The notes: generated from the sequence alone by a model not told the origin. A stretch of 64,000 nucleotides of DNA from Nitrospirota bacterium (GCA_963845245.1 CAWJRJ010000030.1:1-64000); one strand, 5' to 3'; counted from the first letter of the stretch, positions 34,656-47,966 are shown. Made by a program: numbers and translations.

Positions 34656-36128
34656 TTATAGCCCGGTCTGCGCCAGCTCCAGCGCCTTCATCATTGCCGC
34701 TGCCTTGTTTACCGTCTCGATATATTCTGTTTCCGGGTCGGAGTCGGCAACTATACCGGCACCCGCCTGCACGTAGACCTTGCCGTCCTTGAACAGAAGC
34801 GTACGTATGGTGATGCAGGTGTTCAGCGTGCCGGAAAATCCGAAATATCCGACCGCACCGGCATATGGCCCGCGCCTGGTCGGTTCGAACTCCTCGATTA
34901 TCTGCATCGCGCGTATCTTCGGCGAGCCGGACACCGTCCCGGCGGGAAAGCATGCCCTCATCACGTCGTATGAGTCCTGCCCGTCTGCAAGCTCACCGCG
35001 TACGTTAGATACTATATGCATGACGTGGGAGTACCGCTCGACAACCATCAACTCGCTGACAACCACCTTGCCGGGTTTCGATACGCGGCCTACGTCGTTC
35101 CTGCCCAGGTCAACGAGCATTATATGTTCGGCGCACTCCTTCGGGTCGGCCAAGAGCTCCTTCTCAAGGGCAAGGTCTTCTTCCTCGGTCTTCCCGCGCT
35201 TCCTGGTACCCGCAATCGGCCTGAGTTCAACCTTGTCGCCTTCAAGCCTGACCATTACCTCCGGCGATGAGCCGGACATGGTAAAATCCCCGCATCGCAG
35301 GAAGAACATGTAGGGAGACGGGTTTATCACCCTCAGTGCACGGTACACGTCGAAAGGGTCGATCTTTGCCTTTTCTTCGAACCTCTGCGACAGCACCACC
35401 TGGAAGATGTCGCCCGCCTTTATATATTCCTTGGCGGCCTTTACGGCACTCTCGAACGCGGTCTTGGTGAAGTTTGATTTCAGCTTTCCGGCGGCCCTAG
35501 GCTTTGATGCCTTCACCTTCGGCATCTTGCCGCTTAGCTTTTTAATCAGGGCCTCTATTTTTTCGACCGCCTCGGCGTATGCTGCCTCCGCACCCGCATC
35601 GCCGATATGCGCGTTCGCCACCACCTTTATCTTCTGCGCCACGTTGTCGAATATCAGCAGTGTGTCCGTGAGCATGAACAGCAGGTCCGGGCAGCCGAGA
35701 GTGGGTTTTGCCTCTTGTTTGATGTTTTCAAAGAAGGAAACCACGTCATAGCCTACATACCCTACCGCACCGCCAAAAAACTGGGGAAGCCCGTCAACCT
35801 CGACCGGCCTGTAATCATCCATAACGGATTTCAGAAATGTGAGCGGGTCGCCCTCGATCGGCCTCTCGGCGGTTACTCCTCCCCTGCTTATAAAACCCGT
35901 GTTTCCAGCAGTCCGGACGACAACGGAAGGCCCGGAACCCAAAAAGGAATACCTGGCCCACTTCTCACCGCCCTGCACGCTTTCAAGCAGAAAGGAGTAA
36001 TCGCCATCGTCGATCCGCATAAACGCGGAGACAGGCGTAAGCAGGTCGGCCAGCAACTCCCTGTACACAGGGACAAGATTGCCCTTTTTGGCCTTGTTTT
36101 TGAAATCATCCAGAGACGGGAAATACAT
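34656..36128 (-). CDS. trpE: anthranilate synthase component I
   Basis: [50 protein letters not shown]. Confidence 0.96.
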   Translation of the reverse strand: MYFPSLDDFKNKAKKGNLVPVYRELLADLLTPVSAFMRIDDGDYSFLLESVQGGEKWARYSFLGSGPSVVVRTAGNTGFISRGGVTAERPIEGDPLTFLKSVMDDYRPVEVDGLPQFFGGAVGYVGYDVVSFFENIKQEAKPTLGCPDLLFMLTDTLLIFDNVAQKIKVVANAHIGDAGAEAAYAEAVEKIEALIKKLSGKMPKVKASKPRAAGKLKSNFTKTAFESAVKAAKEYIKAGDIFQVVLSQRFEEKAKIDPFDVYRALRVINPSPYMFFLRCGDFTMSGSSPEVMVRLEGDKVELRPIAGTRKRGKTEEEDLALEKELLADPKECAEHIMLVDLGRNDVGRVSKPGKVVVSELMVVERYSHVMHIVSNVRGELADGQDSYDVMRACFPAGTVSGSPKIRAMQIIEEFEPTRRGPYAGAVGYFGFSGTLNTCITIRTLLFKDGKVYVQAGAGIVADSDPETEYIETVNKAAAMMKALELAQTGL

Positions 36129-36179
36129 TACAAATTCCTTGAATATATTAGATGCTGACGAAAAAAAACCCAGATAAGA

Positions 36180-36208
36180 AAATTAACATGTTTGCGGGTT
36201 ACTGTCAA
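36180..36208 (-). promoter_or_regulatory. sigma70 promoter of the trp operon
   Basis: TTGACA-17 nt-TAATTT with TG extension. Confidence 0.6.
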
Positions 36209-36258
36209 GAAATTAGGCACTTGAATGTAGGGCACCACGACAGGCTCTTACCTTACAG

Positions 36259-36280
36259 AAGCCCCCTTGAAGGGGGCTTT
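36259..36280. terminator. terminator hairpin downstream of the DUF488 pair
   Basis: AAGCCCCCTT-g-AAGGGGGCTT stem. Confidence 0.5.
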
Positions 36281-36283
36281 CGC

Positions 36284-36655
36284 TCAGGCTGCTTCCCTTG
36301 CCGGCGTCAGTTTGGCCAGTATATAGTCTTTGATGGCAACCGCGTTGTTGTACTCGCTTACGCCCTCTTTATAGAGAAGGGTTACCGGCCCATGGGCAGC
36401 CAGTTCGACTAACGGCTGAAGCCTGTGTATTTTTTCGTCCAGTTCAGCGAAGTAGCCGCACTCGAACTCACCCCACCTCTCCGCCTTACCTGAAAACCAC
36501 GCCTGCTCACCCTCACCAGGCGCAACGTCATAAAGCCACAGGTTTACTTCCGCATCCTCTCTTTTAAGGCCAAGAGGCCAAGCCCTCTCAATATACACGC
36601 GAAAACCATCTTTTTTGCCGACCTTTTCATCTATTCTCTTAATTAATATAGGCAT
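36284..36655 (-). CDS. DUF488/YeaO-like protein (divergent paralog)
   Basis: IKRI...DGFRVYIERAWPLG...WLYDVAP...VTLLY...NNAVAIKDY. Confidence 0.82.
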   Translation of the reverse strand: MPILIKRIDEKVGKKDGFRVYIERAWPLGLKREDAEVNLWLYDVAPGEGEQAWFSGKAERWGEFECGYFAELDEKIHRLQPLVELAAHGPVTLLYKEGVSEYNNAVAIKDYILAKLTPAREAA

Positions 36656-36714
36656 CTTAAACCTCCCAAAACCGTCCCTGCCCACATACCCGTATTGCGT
36701 GGGACAGGCCAGAC

Positions 36715-37089
36715 TCAGGCTGCCTTCTTAGAACCATATTTCTCTCTCTCTATAAACTCTTTCAGCGCTACGGCGTTGTTTATACTGGTATTCTTTGAAC
36801 CGTAGACAAGCGTCACCGTCCTCGCCTTCGCATTCACAACCGGCATCAACAACTCGTCCTTCTCCCTGAGTTCCTCAAAGTAATGGCTCTTGAACTCCTC
36901 CCATCTGTCTGGGTCGTGCGAGAACCATTTCCTTATCATCTCGCTGGGGGCTATCTCCTTTAACCAGAGGTCGACATCGAGGTCTTCCTTCTTTATCCCC
37001 CTGGGCCAGAGCCTGTCCACCAGCACCCTCATCCCATCGTTTTCGGAAGGTGCTTCGTATGCCCTTTTAATCTTTATGACAGGTTTCAT
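36715..37089 (-). CDS. DUF488/YeaO-like protein
   Basis: IKRAYE...DGMRVLVDRLWPRGIKKE...WLKEIAPS...WFSHDP...NNAVALKEF. Confidence 0.88.
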   Translation of the reverse strand: MKPVIKIKRAYEAPSENDGMRVLVDRLWPRGIKKEDLDVDLWLKEIAPSEMIRKWFSHDPDRWEEFKSHYFEELREKDELLMPVVNAKARTVTLVYGSKNTSINNAVALKEFIEREKYGSKKAA

Positions 37090-37188
37090 ATCGTCCTCCA
37101 GCCCCCCTCCCATTTATTACGCCCTATACAAATTATATCACAACCAAAACTCCGGTTTAAGCGGTTTGGCTTTACTTGAGCGATCGGT

Positions 37189-39171
37189 TTGTCTATAATC
37201 GTGATATGGCACAATCACAAAAAACTCATTTACGCAATAATCGCCGTGGTTGCAATAATTATTGGCGCAATCGGCGGTTTTGTCATGGTCCACTCGACCG
37301 ACATGCCCCAGGTCGAGGCCCTTGAGAACTTTAAACCGAACGCGACAACGAGGGTGTTCGCCGACAACGGCGAGATGCTGGCCGAGTTCTACATGGAAAA
37401 CAGGATCCCTGTCAGCCTGTCGAGCATCCCTACTCATGTTATAAAGGCTTTTCTGGCTACTGAGGACCCCCGGTTCTATTCGCACTCGGGCATTGACGTC
37501 TCCGGCGTTTTGAGGGCGATGCTGTCAAACATCCGGGCCGGAAAGATCGTGCAGGGAGGCAGCTCCATAACCCAGCAACTGGCAAAACTCCTCTTCCTTG
37601 AGCCTGAAAAAACGCTGACCAGGAAGATAAAGGAAGCCCTTATCGCCCTCCAGATAGAACGGCGCTACTCCAAGGACGAGATACTTGCCCTCTACTTAAA
37701 CCAGGTCTACCTGGGGAACGGAGCATACGGTGTGGAGGCGGCATCAGAGCGTTACTTCGGCAAGCCCGTATCCCAGCTGACCCTCGCCGAAGGAGCCGTG
37801 CTTGCCGGGCTCCCGGCCGCGCCCAATAAATACTCACCCATAAACAACCTTGAAAGGGCATATGCGCGCCGCATGCACGTGCTCAAAAGGATGACCGCGG
37901 AGGGCTTTATCACCGAGGCCGATCTGGCCAAGGCAAGCCAGGAGCCAATCGAGATAAAACCGGCAAAGAACGCACACGGTTTCAAGGCTCCCTATTTTGT
38001 GGAGTACGTCCGCCAGAGGCTTGAGGAGAAATTCGGATCTACCGCCCTTTACAAGGGAGGGCTTAACGTTTACACGACGCTAAACCTCAAAATGCAGGAG
38101 ATAGCCGAGGCGGCTATGGCCAAGGACCTTGCGGGGATTGCAAAGAGACATCCCAGAAAGGATAAAGAGATCCAGGGGGCGTTTCTTGCTATAGAGCCGC
38201 ACTCCGGCTATGTAAAAGCGATGATAGGCGGGAAGGATTTCGAAAAAAGCGAGTTCAACAGGAGCACCCAGGCCCAGAGGCAGCCGGGCTCGTCTTTCAA
38301 GCCCATCGTCTATGCTGCAGCACTCGACAACGGATTCGGGCCGGAATCCATAATCGTCGACGGGCCGGTATCTTACCCAGGAGCAAGACCGGGCGCGCCA
38401 TGGAGGCCCACCAACTTCGAGAACAAGTTTGAAGGCCCGGTAACACTACGCCGTGCACTGGCAAGGTCAATAAATGTCGTCGCGGTCAAGCTCCTTGATA
38501 AAGTCGGCATACCCACAACGATAGAATATGCCAGAAAGCTCGGCATAAAGTCCACCCTCAACCCATATCTTCCACTAGCCTTGGGCGCCTCAGACGTGAC
38601 GCTCATGGAGATGACAAACGCCTACGCCGTATTCGACAATTCCGGCGTATATACCACGCCTTCAGTAATCGAGAGGATAACGGACCGCGAGGGCGGACTT
38701 ATAGAGGATAACGTGCCCCCTTCCAGACAGGCGTTGTCACCGGACACGGCGGCGGCAATGACCGACCTCCTCCAGGGCGTGGTTAAGTTCGGCACCGGTT
38801 TCGAAGCCAAGAGCCTGGGGCGTCCGGCAGCCGGAAAAACAGGTACAACGTCAAGCTACAACGACGCATGGTTCATAGGGTACATACCCAGCATGGTGGT
38901 GGGTGTGTGGGTGGGATATGACGACCACAAACCGATAGGTAACCGTGAGACCGGAGCCAAGGCCGCCCTGCCGGCATGGCTTGAGTTCATGAAGAATTAT
39001 ACCAAGGAGTACAACCTGCCGGTGGAGGATTTTCCCGCCCCTCCGCAGCCAGGTTTCAACAACAGGACCGGCTCTGCCGCACAGGCTGCGCCACCAACAA
39101 CCGAAACCGGAGGCCCCGTTGACGAGGCCCCTGCCGACCCGGAAAATATCAGTTCCGTAACAACACACTGA
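37189..39171 (+). CDS. class A penicillin-binding protein (PBP1A family)
   Basis: EDPRFYSH, GGSSITQQL, RKIKE transglycosylase; GSSFKP, SIN, KTGT transpeptidase motifs; exact start uncertain. Confidence 0.93.
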   Translation: MSIIVIWHNHKKLIYAIIAVVAIIIGAIGGFVMVHSTDMPQVEALENFKPNATTRVFADNGEMLAEFYMENRIPVSLSSIPTHVIKAFLATEDPRFYSHSGIDVSGVLRAMLSNIRAGKIVQGGSSITQQLAKLLFLEPEKTLTRKIKEALIALQIERRYSKDEILALYLNQVYLGNGAYGVEAASERYFGKPVSQLTLAEGAVLAGLPAAPNKYSPINNLERAYARRMHVLKRMTAEGFITEADLAKASQEPIEIKPAKNAHGFKAPYFVEYVRQRLEEKFGSTALYKGGLNVYTTLNLKMQEIAEAAMAKDLAGIAKRHPRKDKEIQGAFLAIEPHSGYVKAMIGGKDFEKSEFNRSTQAQRQPGSSFKPIVYAAALDNGFGPESIIVDGPVSYPGARPGAPWRPTNFENKFEGPVTLRRALARSINVVAVKLLDKVGIPTTIEYARKLGIKSTLNPYLPLALGASDVTLMEMTNAYAVFDNSGVYTTPSVIERITDREGGLIEDNVPPSRQALSPDTAAAMTDLLQGVVKFGTGFEAKSLGRPAAGKTGTTSSYNDAWFIGYIPSMVVGVWVGYDDHKPIGNRETGAKAALPAWLEFMKNYTKEYNLPVEDFPAPPQPGFNNRTGSAAQAAPPTTETGGPVDEAPADPENISSVTTH

Positions 39172-39978
39172 CCCAGCCAGACAGCTGGGACCAGTTCCAC
39201 GACCTCAAGGCCTGAAGCCTTTGCGGCTTTAATGACCTGCTCCTCCTGGCCTGTCAGCAGGCCGGAAACAGCAACCTTCCCATCCTTGTTCAAAGCAGCC
39301 GCAATGTCCGGCATCAGGTTCAGCAGCACTTCCTGGAAGATGTTGGCTGCTATAAAGTCGTAACCGCGCCCTGCCTCTTTAATGCTCCCATGAATAAGCC
39401 TTATCCGCTCCGACATGTTGTTGAGCGAGATATTCCTGGCCGCGGTGCGTATGGCATCGTCTTCCACGTCCACGGCGGTGATGTCCGCCACCCCGTATAG
39501 CGCAGCGGCAATGGAGAGTACACCCGTACCGGTGCCCAGGTCAAGAAAACGCTTTACCGGGAGGTCTTGGTATGGACTCGGCCCATGATTTGAGCATGCC
39601 GAGCACCGTTGAGGTGGTTACATGGTCCCCCGTCCCGAAGGCCTGGCCAGGGTCGAGTATCATCTTCTTCTCGCCCGGCCCTGCGTTGCAATCCTCCCAG
39701 GGAGGGCAGATCAATATATCCGCCGCATGGAAAGGCTTGAAGTTCTCCTTCCACGATGCATACCAGTCCTGCTCCGGCACAGGCTTTAAGCTTGATTCCA
39801 CCCCTGAAAAAACTGAAAGCGCCCCGGTAACCTTTGCAGGGTCCACATCATTTTGGAAGTAGGCGGACAGCTCGCCTTCCCCCTCGGTGATCCCCTGGCA
39901 GCCAAGCTCATAAAGCGCGGCGATAACCGGTTCTTTCAGCTCATCAGGAAATTTTATCTGAAACTCGTGCCACATCAC
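39149..39978 (-). CDS. prmA: ribosomal protein L11 methyltransferase; frameshifts near 39550 and 39190
   Basis: DWYASWKENFKP, PPWE, LDPGQAFGTGDH.TT, LDLGTGTGVL, ANI, SGLL. Confidence 0.9.
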
Positions 39979-41684
39979 ATGCTCTCCGGCGCACTTACCC
40001 CAAGGAGCTTCAAGGCGGTCGCAACCACCGTCCTGACCGACTTTACAAGGTACATCCTCGCATATGTCAGCTTCAGGTCGTCGGTTATAAAGCGGTGCTT
40101 GAAATAATAGCTGTGAAGCTCCCCTGCAAGGTCCTGGAGATAGTAGGTGAACCTGTGCGGCTCAAGTGCAAGGGCTGCTCCCTCCACTATCTCCGGGAAC
40201 GCCGAAAGTTTCTTCATTATCGAAAGTTCCTCGGGCAGGGTCAGAAGCCCTAGGTCGACTTCGTCGATCGGCGGCAGCGTTATGGCCTTCTCTTCCGCCT
40301 GCCTGAACACCGAACAGAGCCTGGCATGCGCATACTGGACGTAATAGACCGGGTTCTCCGCCGTCTGTTTTTTTACCAGGTCCAAGGTCGAAGTCAAGGT
40401 GCGAGTCCGAGCGCCTGAGCAGGAAAGTGAACCGGCATGCGTCCTTGCCCACCTCTTCCATCACCTCGTCCAGCGTCACAAAATCCCCGGACCTCTTGGA
40501 CATCTTCACCGGCTGGCCTTCACGCATCAGGTTGACAAGCTGCACAAGGAGCACCTTGAAGCTTTCGGTGTCATGCCCCAGTGCCTGCACCGCCGCCTTC
40601 ATCCTGGGGATGTAGCCGTGGTGGTCGGCTCCCCAGATGTCTATTATCCCTTCAAACCCGCGCAGGTACTTGTCCCGGTGGTATGCGATGTCCGAGGCGA
40701 AGTATGTCTTCTGCCCGTTGCTCCTTACCAGCACCCGGTCCTTGTCGTCCCCGAAGGTGGTAGTCCTGAGCCAGAGCGCGCCGCCGTCCTCGAACACCAG
40801 CCCCTTTTCCGGTCAGTTCGTCTATCGCCTTTTTTACCAGGTCGTTTGAAGGCTCGTACAGGCTTCGCTCGCTGTACCAGTTGTCAAAGTTCACCCCGAA
40901 CTCGGCAAGGGTGGCTTCGATACGTCCAAGCATGGCCTTTATGCCTTCTTCGCGACAGTAAGTCCTTTTTCTTGTCCTCCGGGAGCGCCATGAATGCCGG
41001 GTCTTCCATGAACTCACGCGCAATGTCGGTTATGTATTCACCCATATACAGGTTCGGCTTCTCCGCGCCGTCCACATCAGCGGATGCAGGAGCCATTACA
41101 AGTTCAGCCCCCTCGTCGCCTGTCAACTGCCTGTACCGCATGAATATGCTCATCCCCAGGTTTTCAACCTGAGAACCGTAGTCGTTGATGTAGAACTCCC
41201 TGCGGACGTCGTAGCCGGCGAATCCCAGCAGCCTGCAAAGCGAGTCCCCAACCGCAGCACCGCGCCCGTGGCCGATGTGCAGGGGGCCGGTTGGGTTGGC
41301 CGAGACGAACTCGACCTGCGTCTTGCGGCCGTTGCCGACATGGGAGTGGCCGAAGCTTCCGCCCTGGCGCTCAATGTCTTTCAACACACCAAGCCATGCG
41401 CCGGGACGCAGGAAAAAATTCAGGAAACCCGGCCCCGCTATCTCGACCTTATCTATTACTCCTTCGGTGTCTTTTATGGAATCTCTAATGGCTTCGGCAA
41501 TCTTGCGGGGCGGCTTCCCTTCGGACTTCGCCATCCCAAGCGCAACGGTGGTCGCGAAATCGCCGTGCCCTTCTTCCCTGGGTGCCTCCACAATTACCAC
41601 AGGCATAGAAACAAGTGAGACAAGTCCTGCCTCTTTTGCGGAGGAAAGGGCGTCAAGTATTATATCAGTAAGCGTTTTTTTCAC
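39975..41684 (-). CDS. argS: arginyl-tRNA synthetase; frameshifts near 40960, 40800 and 40385
   Basis: [55 protein letters not shown]. Confidence 0.96.
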
Positions 41685-41771
41685 GAACCGGCCCCTTTGT
41701 CGTTTGTAATTAAAAAATTAATAGTATAGCGGAAGGAAAGGTAAAGTCAAGGCAGACTTGAAGAATCGGTA

Positions 41772-43914
41772 TTATTTGGAAAAACCGCCAAGATGGGTAT
41801 GGCAGGTAGTACAGTCTTTCCCGTTGTAGTTGAACCCGCCGGAGTGGTTTATAAAACCGGTACCGTCGTTTTTATAGTACTTCGTCTTTGTGTGGCAGAC
41901 CTCGCAGACCCCGTTTAAAGAAGGGTCCCCGTCGGCGAAGGAGTTATGACCGGTGCGGTTGGAGAACACGACTGCCTTTATGCCGCTTGCAGGTGTCTTT
42001 ATACGCGGCCTAATGCCGTGCAGGTTCGTGTAGTTATGTTCCTCGTGGCAGGTGAGACAATTTGCAAGCTGGTGCGTCCCCATGTTGTGACAGTCGAGAC
42101 ACATCTCGTTGTCGCTGTTGTTAACCCTTAAGTAAGGATAGGACAGGGTTGCGTATGCGTAATCGGAAAACGGAGCATTGAATATTATCGTACCGGCGTT
42201 CGGGTCATAATCGTATGCAGTATTGCTGAACATATACTGCCTCCTGTCCTTTATGTATGTCGGGGCAGTAGAAAGCGTAGAGGTTGCATAGACTGTTGGC
42301 TGTAGGTAATCGTACCAGCTCCATCCGCCTTTTTGGAGGGCATAGGTCTGCCCGGAAACAAGGCTTGTCAACTCCCATGTCCTCCCGGGGTCCTCAGGCT
42401 TCTCCATGGAGTTGTGACAGGTGTTGCAGACTATCGTCCGGCCGTCCTTAAGGTGGTCGCCCATCCTGTTTGAGAACCTACCCGTAAGGCTGCCAAATAC
42501 AGGAAGGTTGTTGCCGCCGGCCGTCACGTTTACAAATAACGGATGAGACTTTGAGGTATCTATGAGTTTGCCGCTTGCCTTGCCGGTGTTATTGTGACAG
42601 CTTAAGCAAAGCTCGGAGGAATATCTGTAATCAAAACCCGTCGGCAGTAGTTCTCCGGCACCCGTATTGCTGTAGTGGCAGGAATCGCAATTTCCGTCAG
42701 GAGAGCCGTCCCATGAATAGTGGGGCAGTTCGTGGGTGCCTGCCGTCGGTGTAACGCTTATTTCCGAGGAATAGGCGCTCAGATTGTTCAGGCTGTTATA
42801 TGCCCGCACAGCAAAGAAGTACGTGGCCTCGTTTATCAGACTCCTGATATCAAAGGAAGTCGTGCTTCCCGCGTCAACCGTATTGGTATAACTGCCAGGA
42901 ACGTTGCCATAGCTTATTTTGTAGCCTGCAATATTCGGTTCTTTGTTGGCCGACCATGAGAGCTTGACAGCGGCACTCAGAGGAGTGCCGATCAACCCCT
43001 CAGGAGGCCAGGGATTTGGCTGGGCCGCAGGCGACTCGAAGGCGCCAATATCGGGAAGGTTATTGTACGGCAGGCCTACATCAATCCCGGCATCGATACA
43101 AGGGGAAAATACCGGCGACGTCTGCAGGTGGTAATCGCCGCCGCCATTGTACAGGGGATCCGCGGACTTGTCATGAACGGCAGGGTTTATTCCATAATAG
43201 TTGCCCAGGATGCTCGACCAAACATCATTATAATCCGTATCAGGATCGGAGTCGAAAGCCACGTAGATTCCATACTCCTGGCTGTTGGTAATTATATTGT
43301 TTCTGATGCGGGGCGAAAAAGCGTAAAGGTTTATGCCGCGCCTGTTGCCGTCGATCGTATTATTATATATAACAGGCGTGCCACCGTTTCCGAAACTGTA
43401 GCAATATATCCCGAACGAGCTGTTGTTTGAAAAAACATTATTCTGGATAGTAGGCGAGGAAGCGCCTTCCACATACAGGCCGTGCTTTCCGTTCGCTGTT
43501 ATCCTGTTATTTGATATTGTTGGAGAGCAAGCTGTTACGCTTATCCCCGCCAACCAGCCTGTCGAACCGCTCCCTTTTATAGTGAAGCCATCTATCAGGG
43601 CGTTTGCGGCGGTGACTGTATTACCTGAGCCCCTCCCCGTCTATTATCGTTTCGTTGGCTGCAATGTCCCTGCTCCAGTTGGAAGGGTTATAGCCTCCGA
43701 GCAGGTTCACGCCCGCTTTCATGGTGAGACCGCCTGGATACGTCCCGGAAGCGACATGTACCTCGTCGCCACTCACGCCGTTTGTTATTGCAGTCTGGAT
43801 GGAGGTATAATCAGTGATTACCGCGCCGTGGACGAGCCGGGCATTACCTGCCTTTGCCGGGTCCGGACAGAGAAGATATACAAGGAAAAATATGTAGTAT
43901 ATTGCTTTCTTCAT
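41772..43914 (-). CDS. secreted multiheme cytochrome c with N-terminal parallel beta-helix and FN3 domain (about 713 aa after removing one extra G near 43630)
   Basis: Signal peptide MKKAIYYIFFLVYLLCPDPAKA; Asn-ladder beta-helix repeats; SPCIDAG...PDIGAFE; FN3 LSW...GYKISYG...YFFAVRAYN; seven CXXCH motifs. Confidence 0.85.
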
Positions 43915-43946
43915 AAAAGTTGTTTTCTGATTGTGGCTGTTAACTA

Positions 43947-43962
43947 TGCATAAAATATACCT
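43947..43962 (-). promoter_or_regulatory. possible sigma54 (-24/-12) promoter of the cytochrome gene
   Basis: AGGTATATTTTATGCA gives GG-N10-GC spacing about 33 nt before the ATG; deviates from the TGGCAC consensus. Confidence 0.3.
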
Positions 43963-44120
43963 ATTTCTGCCACTGATGGGGACTGCGATGTTTTATTCAG
44001 CAAGTATGGAAATTACAATGGCTTTTGGGCGTGTACTAACAAACGCAGATTTGTTTATGCAATTATATTTTTGATTCTTAAAGAAAAGGCTGCTTGAAAA
44101 TGAACAGTAGGTGAGCGGAA

Positions 44121-46335
44121 TCAGACATGCCACATGATGGCTTCAAAATCCTCGGTAGGCACATTAAGGGAGATATATCCCCTGTATGGCCATTTTTCCA
44201 GTTCAACATCACCGCGCCTCACGGTGACAAAGAAATTGACCTCGTCTTTCGGCTTTGCCTCAATTGATTGGAACTCGACCGCCATCTCTATTATATCCCT
44301 GGCTGCAATCGAGGTATGCCTTTGGGGGGTGGATTCCATACCCTTGGTTATTTTAAGCAGCGTTGCGGACACATTTCCTGCGGCTGGGTCGAGGTTAATA
44401 TCTATCCGGTACGGGACCGGCCTCAGAAAATGCACGGAAAAGGTAAGTTCCTTGATCGACGGATCGGAAAGCTCGCGGTTTGAGTTTAGCCTCAGGAAAA
44501 GGTTGTTCAGGTCGAAGCCGTAAAATATGTGGGAGACTATGCTCTCCGCGCGATGCATCGTGCCGCCGGCCTGGCTGACGTCATAATAGCCGGCAGCGAG
44601 CCATTCGTAGTAGCTCGTCACCTCTCCGTCGAGCGTAGGCGAGATAAAGGCTGTAAGCTCCACGGTCGGCCTGCTCTTTCTGTCTTCCCGTATAATCGGT
44701 ATAAACAGGTTGTCCGGTGGCGTCTTGTCGAGCAGCAGGTATACGTTAATCAGGTGCTTCCTGAACAGCTCGTCGAACTCCCTGTCGTTTTCAGAGGAGT
44801 GGTCGTCGCCGTACCACCAGCACCAGTCGCTTCCCTCGGCGATGTAAATCTCCTCCCAGGCGAGCCTGAGCGCATCCGGGTCCGTTATTTTGCCTTCGCT
44901 TTCAAAGTAGACCAGGTCCTCCCGGGTCTTAAGCACGGCTTCCCAGGCTGCGTTGTCCTCTTCGTGGCCTATCCAGATATTGAAGTTATGGTTTATCCAG
45001 GAACCAGGGAAGAGCTTGGGCAACAAGGCCGGGGGCGACATCTTTTCAAGGCACTCACTGATGGTCACGGACTCGAGCTCTTCCTCCTCGCGATATACGT
45101 TCATATAGGTGGTACAGGAAGTCACGGCCGTCGTTTCTGTAATGCTCCCAGGCGTTCTCGCCGTCAAGGATTATCGTGACAACCCCGTCCGACTTCTTGC
45201 CGGCCAGGTCCTTCCTTATCCGCTTGAGCCTGCCGATGAAGTCGTCCACGGCGTTCTTCGGGTCCCATTTGGAGTATATGAAACCGATAAGGTCGGACAG
45301 GGTATGGTCCCTGAATAACATATTCAGCTCGCGTCCGTCTTTTACCGCCCTGTATGGGGCATAGAGCAACTCCGGCTTTTTGGAGACGCCCGAGAAATCC
45401 CTGTCGAGCATTACGTCGAGGGACTTTGCCAGCACCTCCTCGTCCGTGGCGATCCACTTTATGCCTTCGTCCGCAAGTATGGGTATTATCTCCTCGCTCA
45501 CCGAGCCCTCGGACGGCCACATCCCGGCGGGCCTCCTGCCGAATGTCTTTTCAAACAGGGCAAGGGCGCGCGTTCACCTGTACCTTCGCGTCCTCCGGGT
45601 GCTGGAACCTGCGGGGGAGGACAATGCCCGGGTTTGAGACCTTTGCTATTTCTGTAGTCGCAGAGCAGCGGCAGTATCGGGTGGTAATAAGGCGTTGCGG
45701 AAAGCTCAATCGAGCCATTGTCCCAAAGTTCCCTGTATTCAGGTAGTATCAGGCGCATGACGTCCCGCTGCTTGTCCATGAGCAGCTTCTTGTCTTCTTC
45801 CGTATAATCGCGGCCTTTTTCAACCAGACCTTTTAGAAACTGGTCGTTATCCTTGAAGATAGGGTCAAACCACGCAAGGTTGAACCATACCTGAAGGTCT
45901 ATAAAGTCCTGGTCGGAAAAGTAACGGGACATCCTTGCCAAGTTCGGAATCGGAAACGTCCCTGCCCCTCTTCAAGAGCAGCTCCCAGTACCTGGGGTAG
46001 GGCCGTATCATGTTGTCCCAGTTGGCCAGGAAGAAGTTCCTGAGGATAAAAACCTTGTCGCTGCTGTCGAGGTCGGATGCCTTTTTCAGCGTGGTCTCAA
46101 TATAGAGCCCGGTCGCCTCGTTGTCGCAGTGGTCCTGTATCTGGTCGATCAGCGATGGGACGAGGTTGAAGTTCTGATGGATCTTCGGGAACTCCCTCAG
46201 GATATGCGGCATGTCGTAGTAGTCTTTGATGCCGTGCAGACGCACCCACGGCATGGCATACCTGCCCGTTACCATGTCTTTATAGTAAGGCTGGTGCATA
46301 TGCCAGAGGAATACGATGCGGAGCGGTCCGTCCAT
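44121..46335 (-). CDS. glycoside hydrolase family 57 (amylopullulanase-like); several frameshifts
   Basis: WHMHQPYY, PWVRLHGIKDY, TPYYHPILPL, WPSEGSVS, ILDGENAWE, AEGSDWCWWYG. Confidence 0.9.
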
Positions 46336-46337
46336 CC

Positions 46338-46658
46338 CTATTTGTCCTCGTACTGGTAGACGGTTTCGCCTTCTTTTACCAGCCCCTGCTCACGCGCGAG
46401 TTGTTCTATGCTCTCGGGGTCGGTCTTAAGCTCCTCTACCCTCAGCCTCAGTTCATCGTTCGAGGCCTTGAGGCTTTGTATCTCCGCGACAAGCGCCTCC
46501 CTCTGGTGGCGGAGCTTCATATACCTGAAAAGACCCATCTCACCCAGGAAGAAACTGAGCACGAGGTAAAAAAGCATGGACAGCCCTAACGCAACCGCTA
46601 TCTTGCGTTTCCTGTTCGCCGACTGTTCACGCTGTTTGGGACTTTTGTTCCTGTGCAA
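46338..46658 (-). CDS. ftsB: septum formation initiator FtsB/DivIC
   Basis: Single TM helix, coiled coil, IEQLARE.GLVKEGE; directly downstream of eno. Confidence 0.85.
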   Translation of the reverse strand: MHRNKSPKQREQSANRKRKIAVALGLSMLFYLVLSFFLGEMGLFRYMKLRHQREALVAEIQSLKASNDELRLRVEELKTDPESIEQLAREQGLVKEGETVYQYEDK

Positions 46659-46661
46659 TCG

Positions 46662-47966
<1,305 letters not shown>

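Noticed and set aside
36129..36180. trp leader-peptide attenuator or T-box upstream of trpE
   Set aside because: The leader is only about 45 nt, with no Trp-codon ORF, T-box or terminator.
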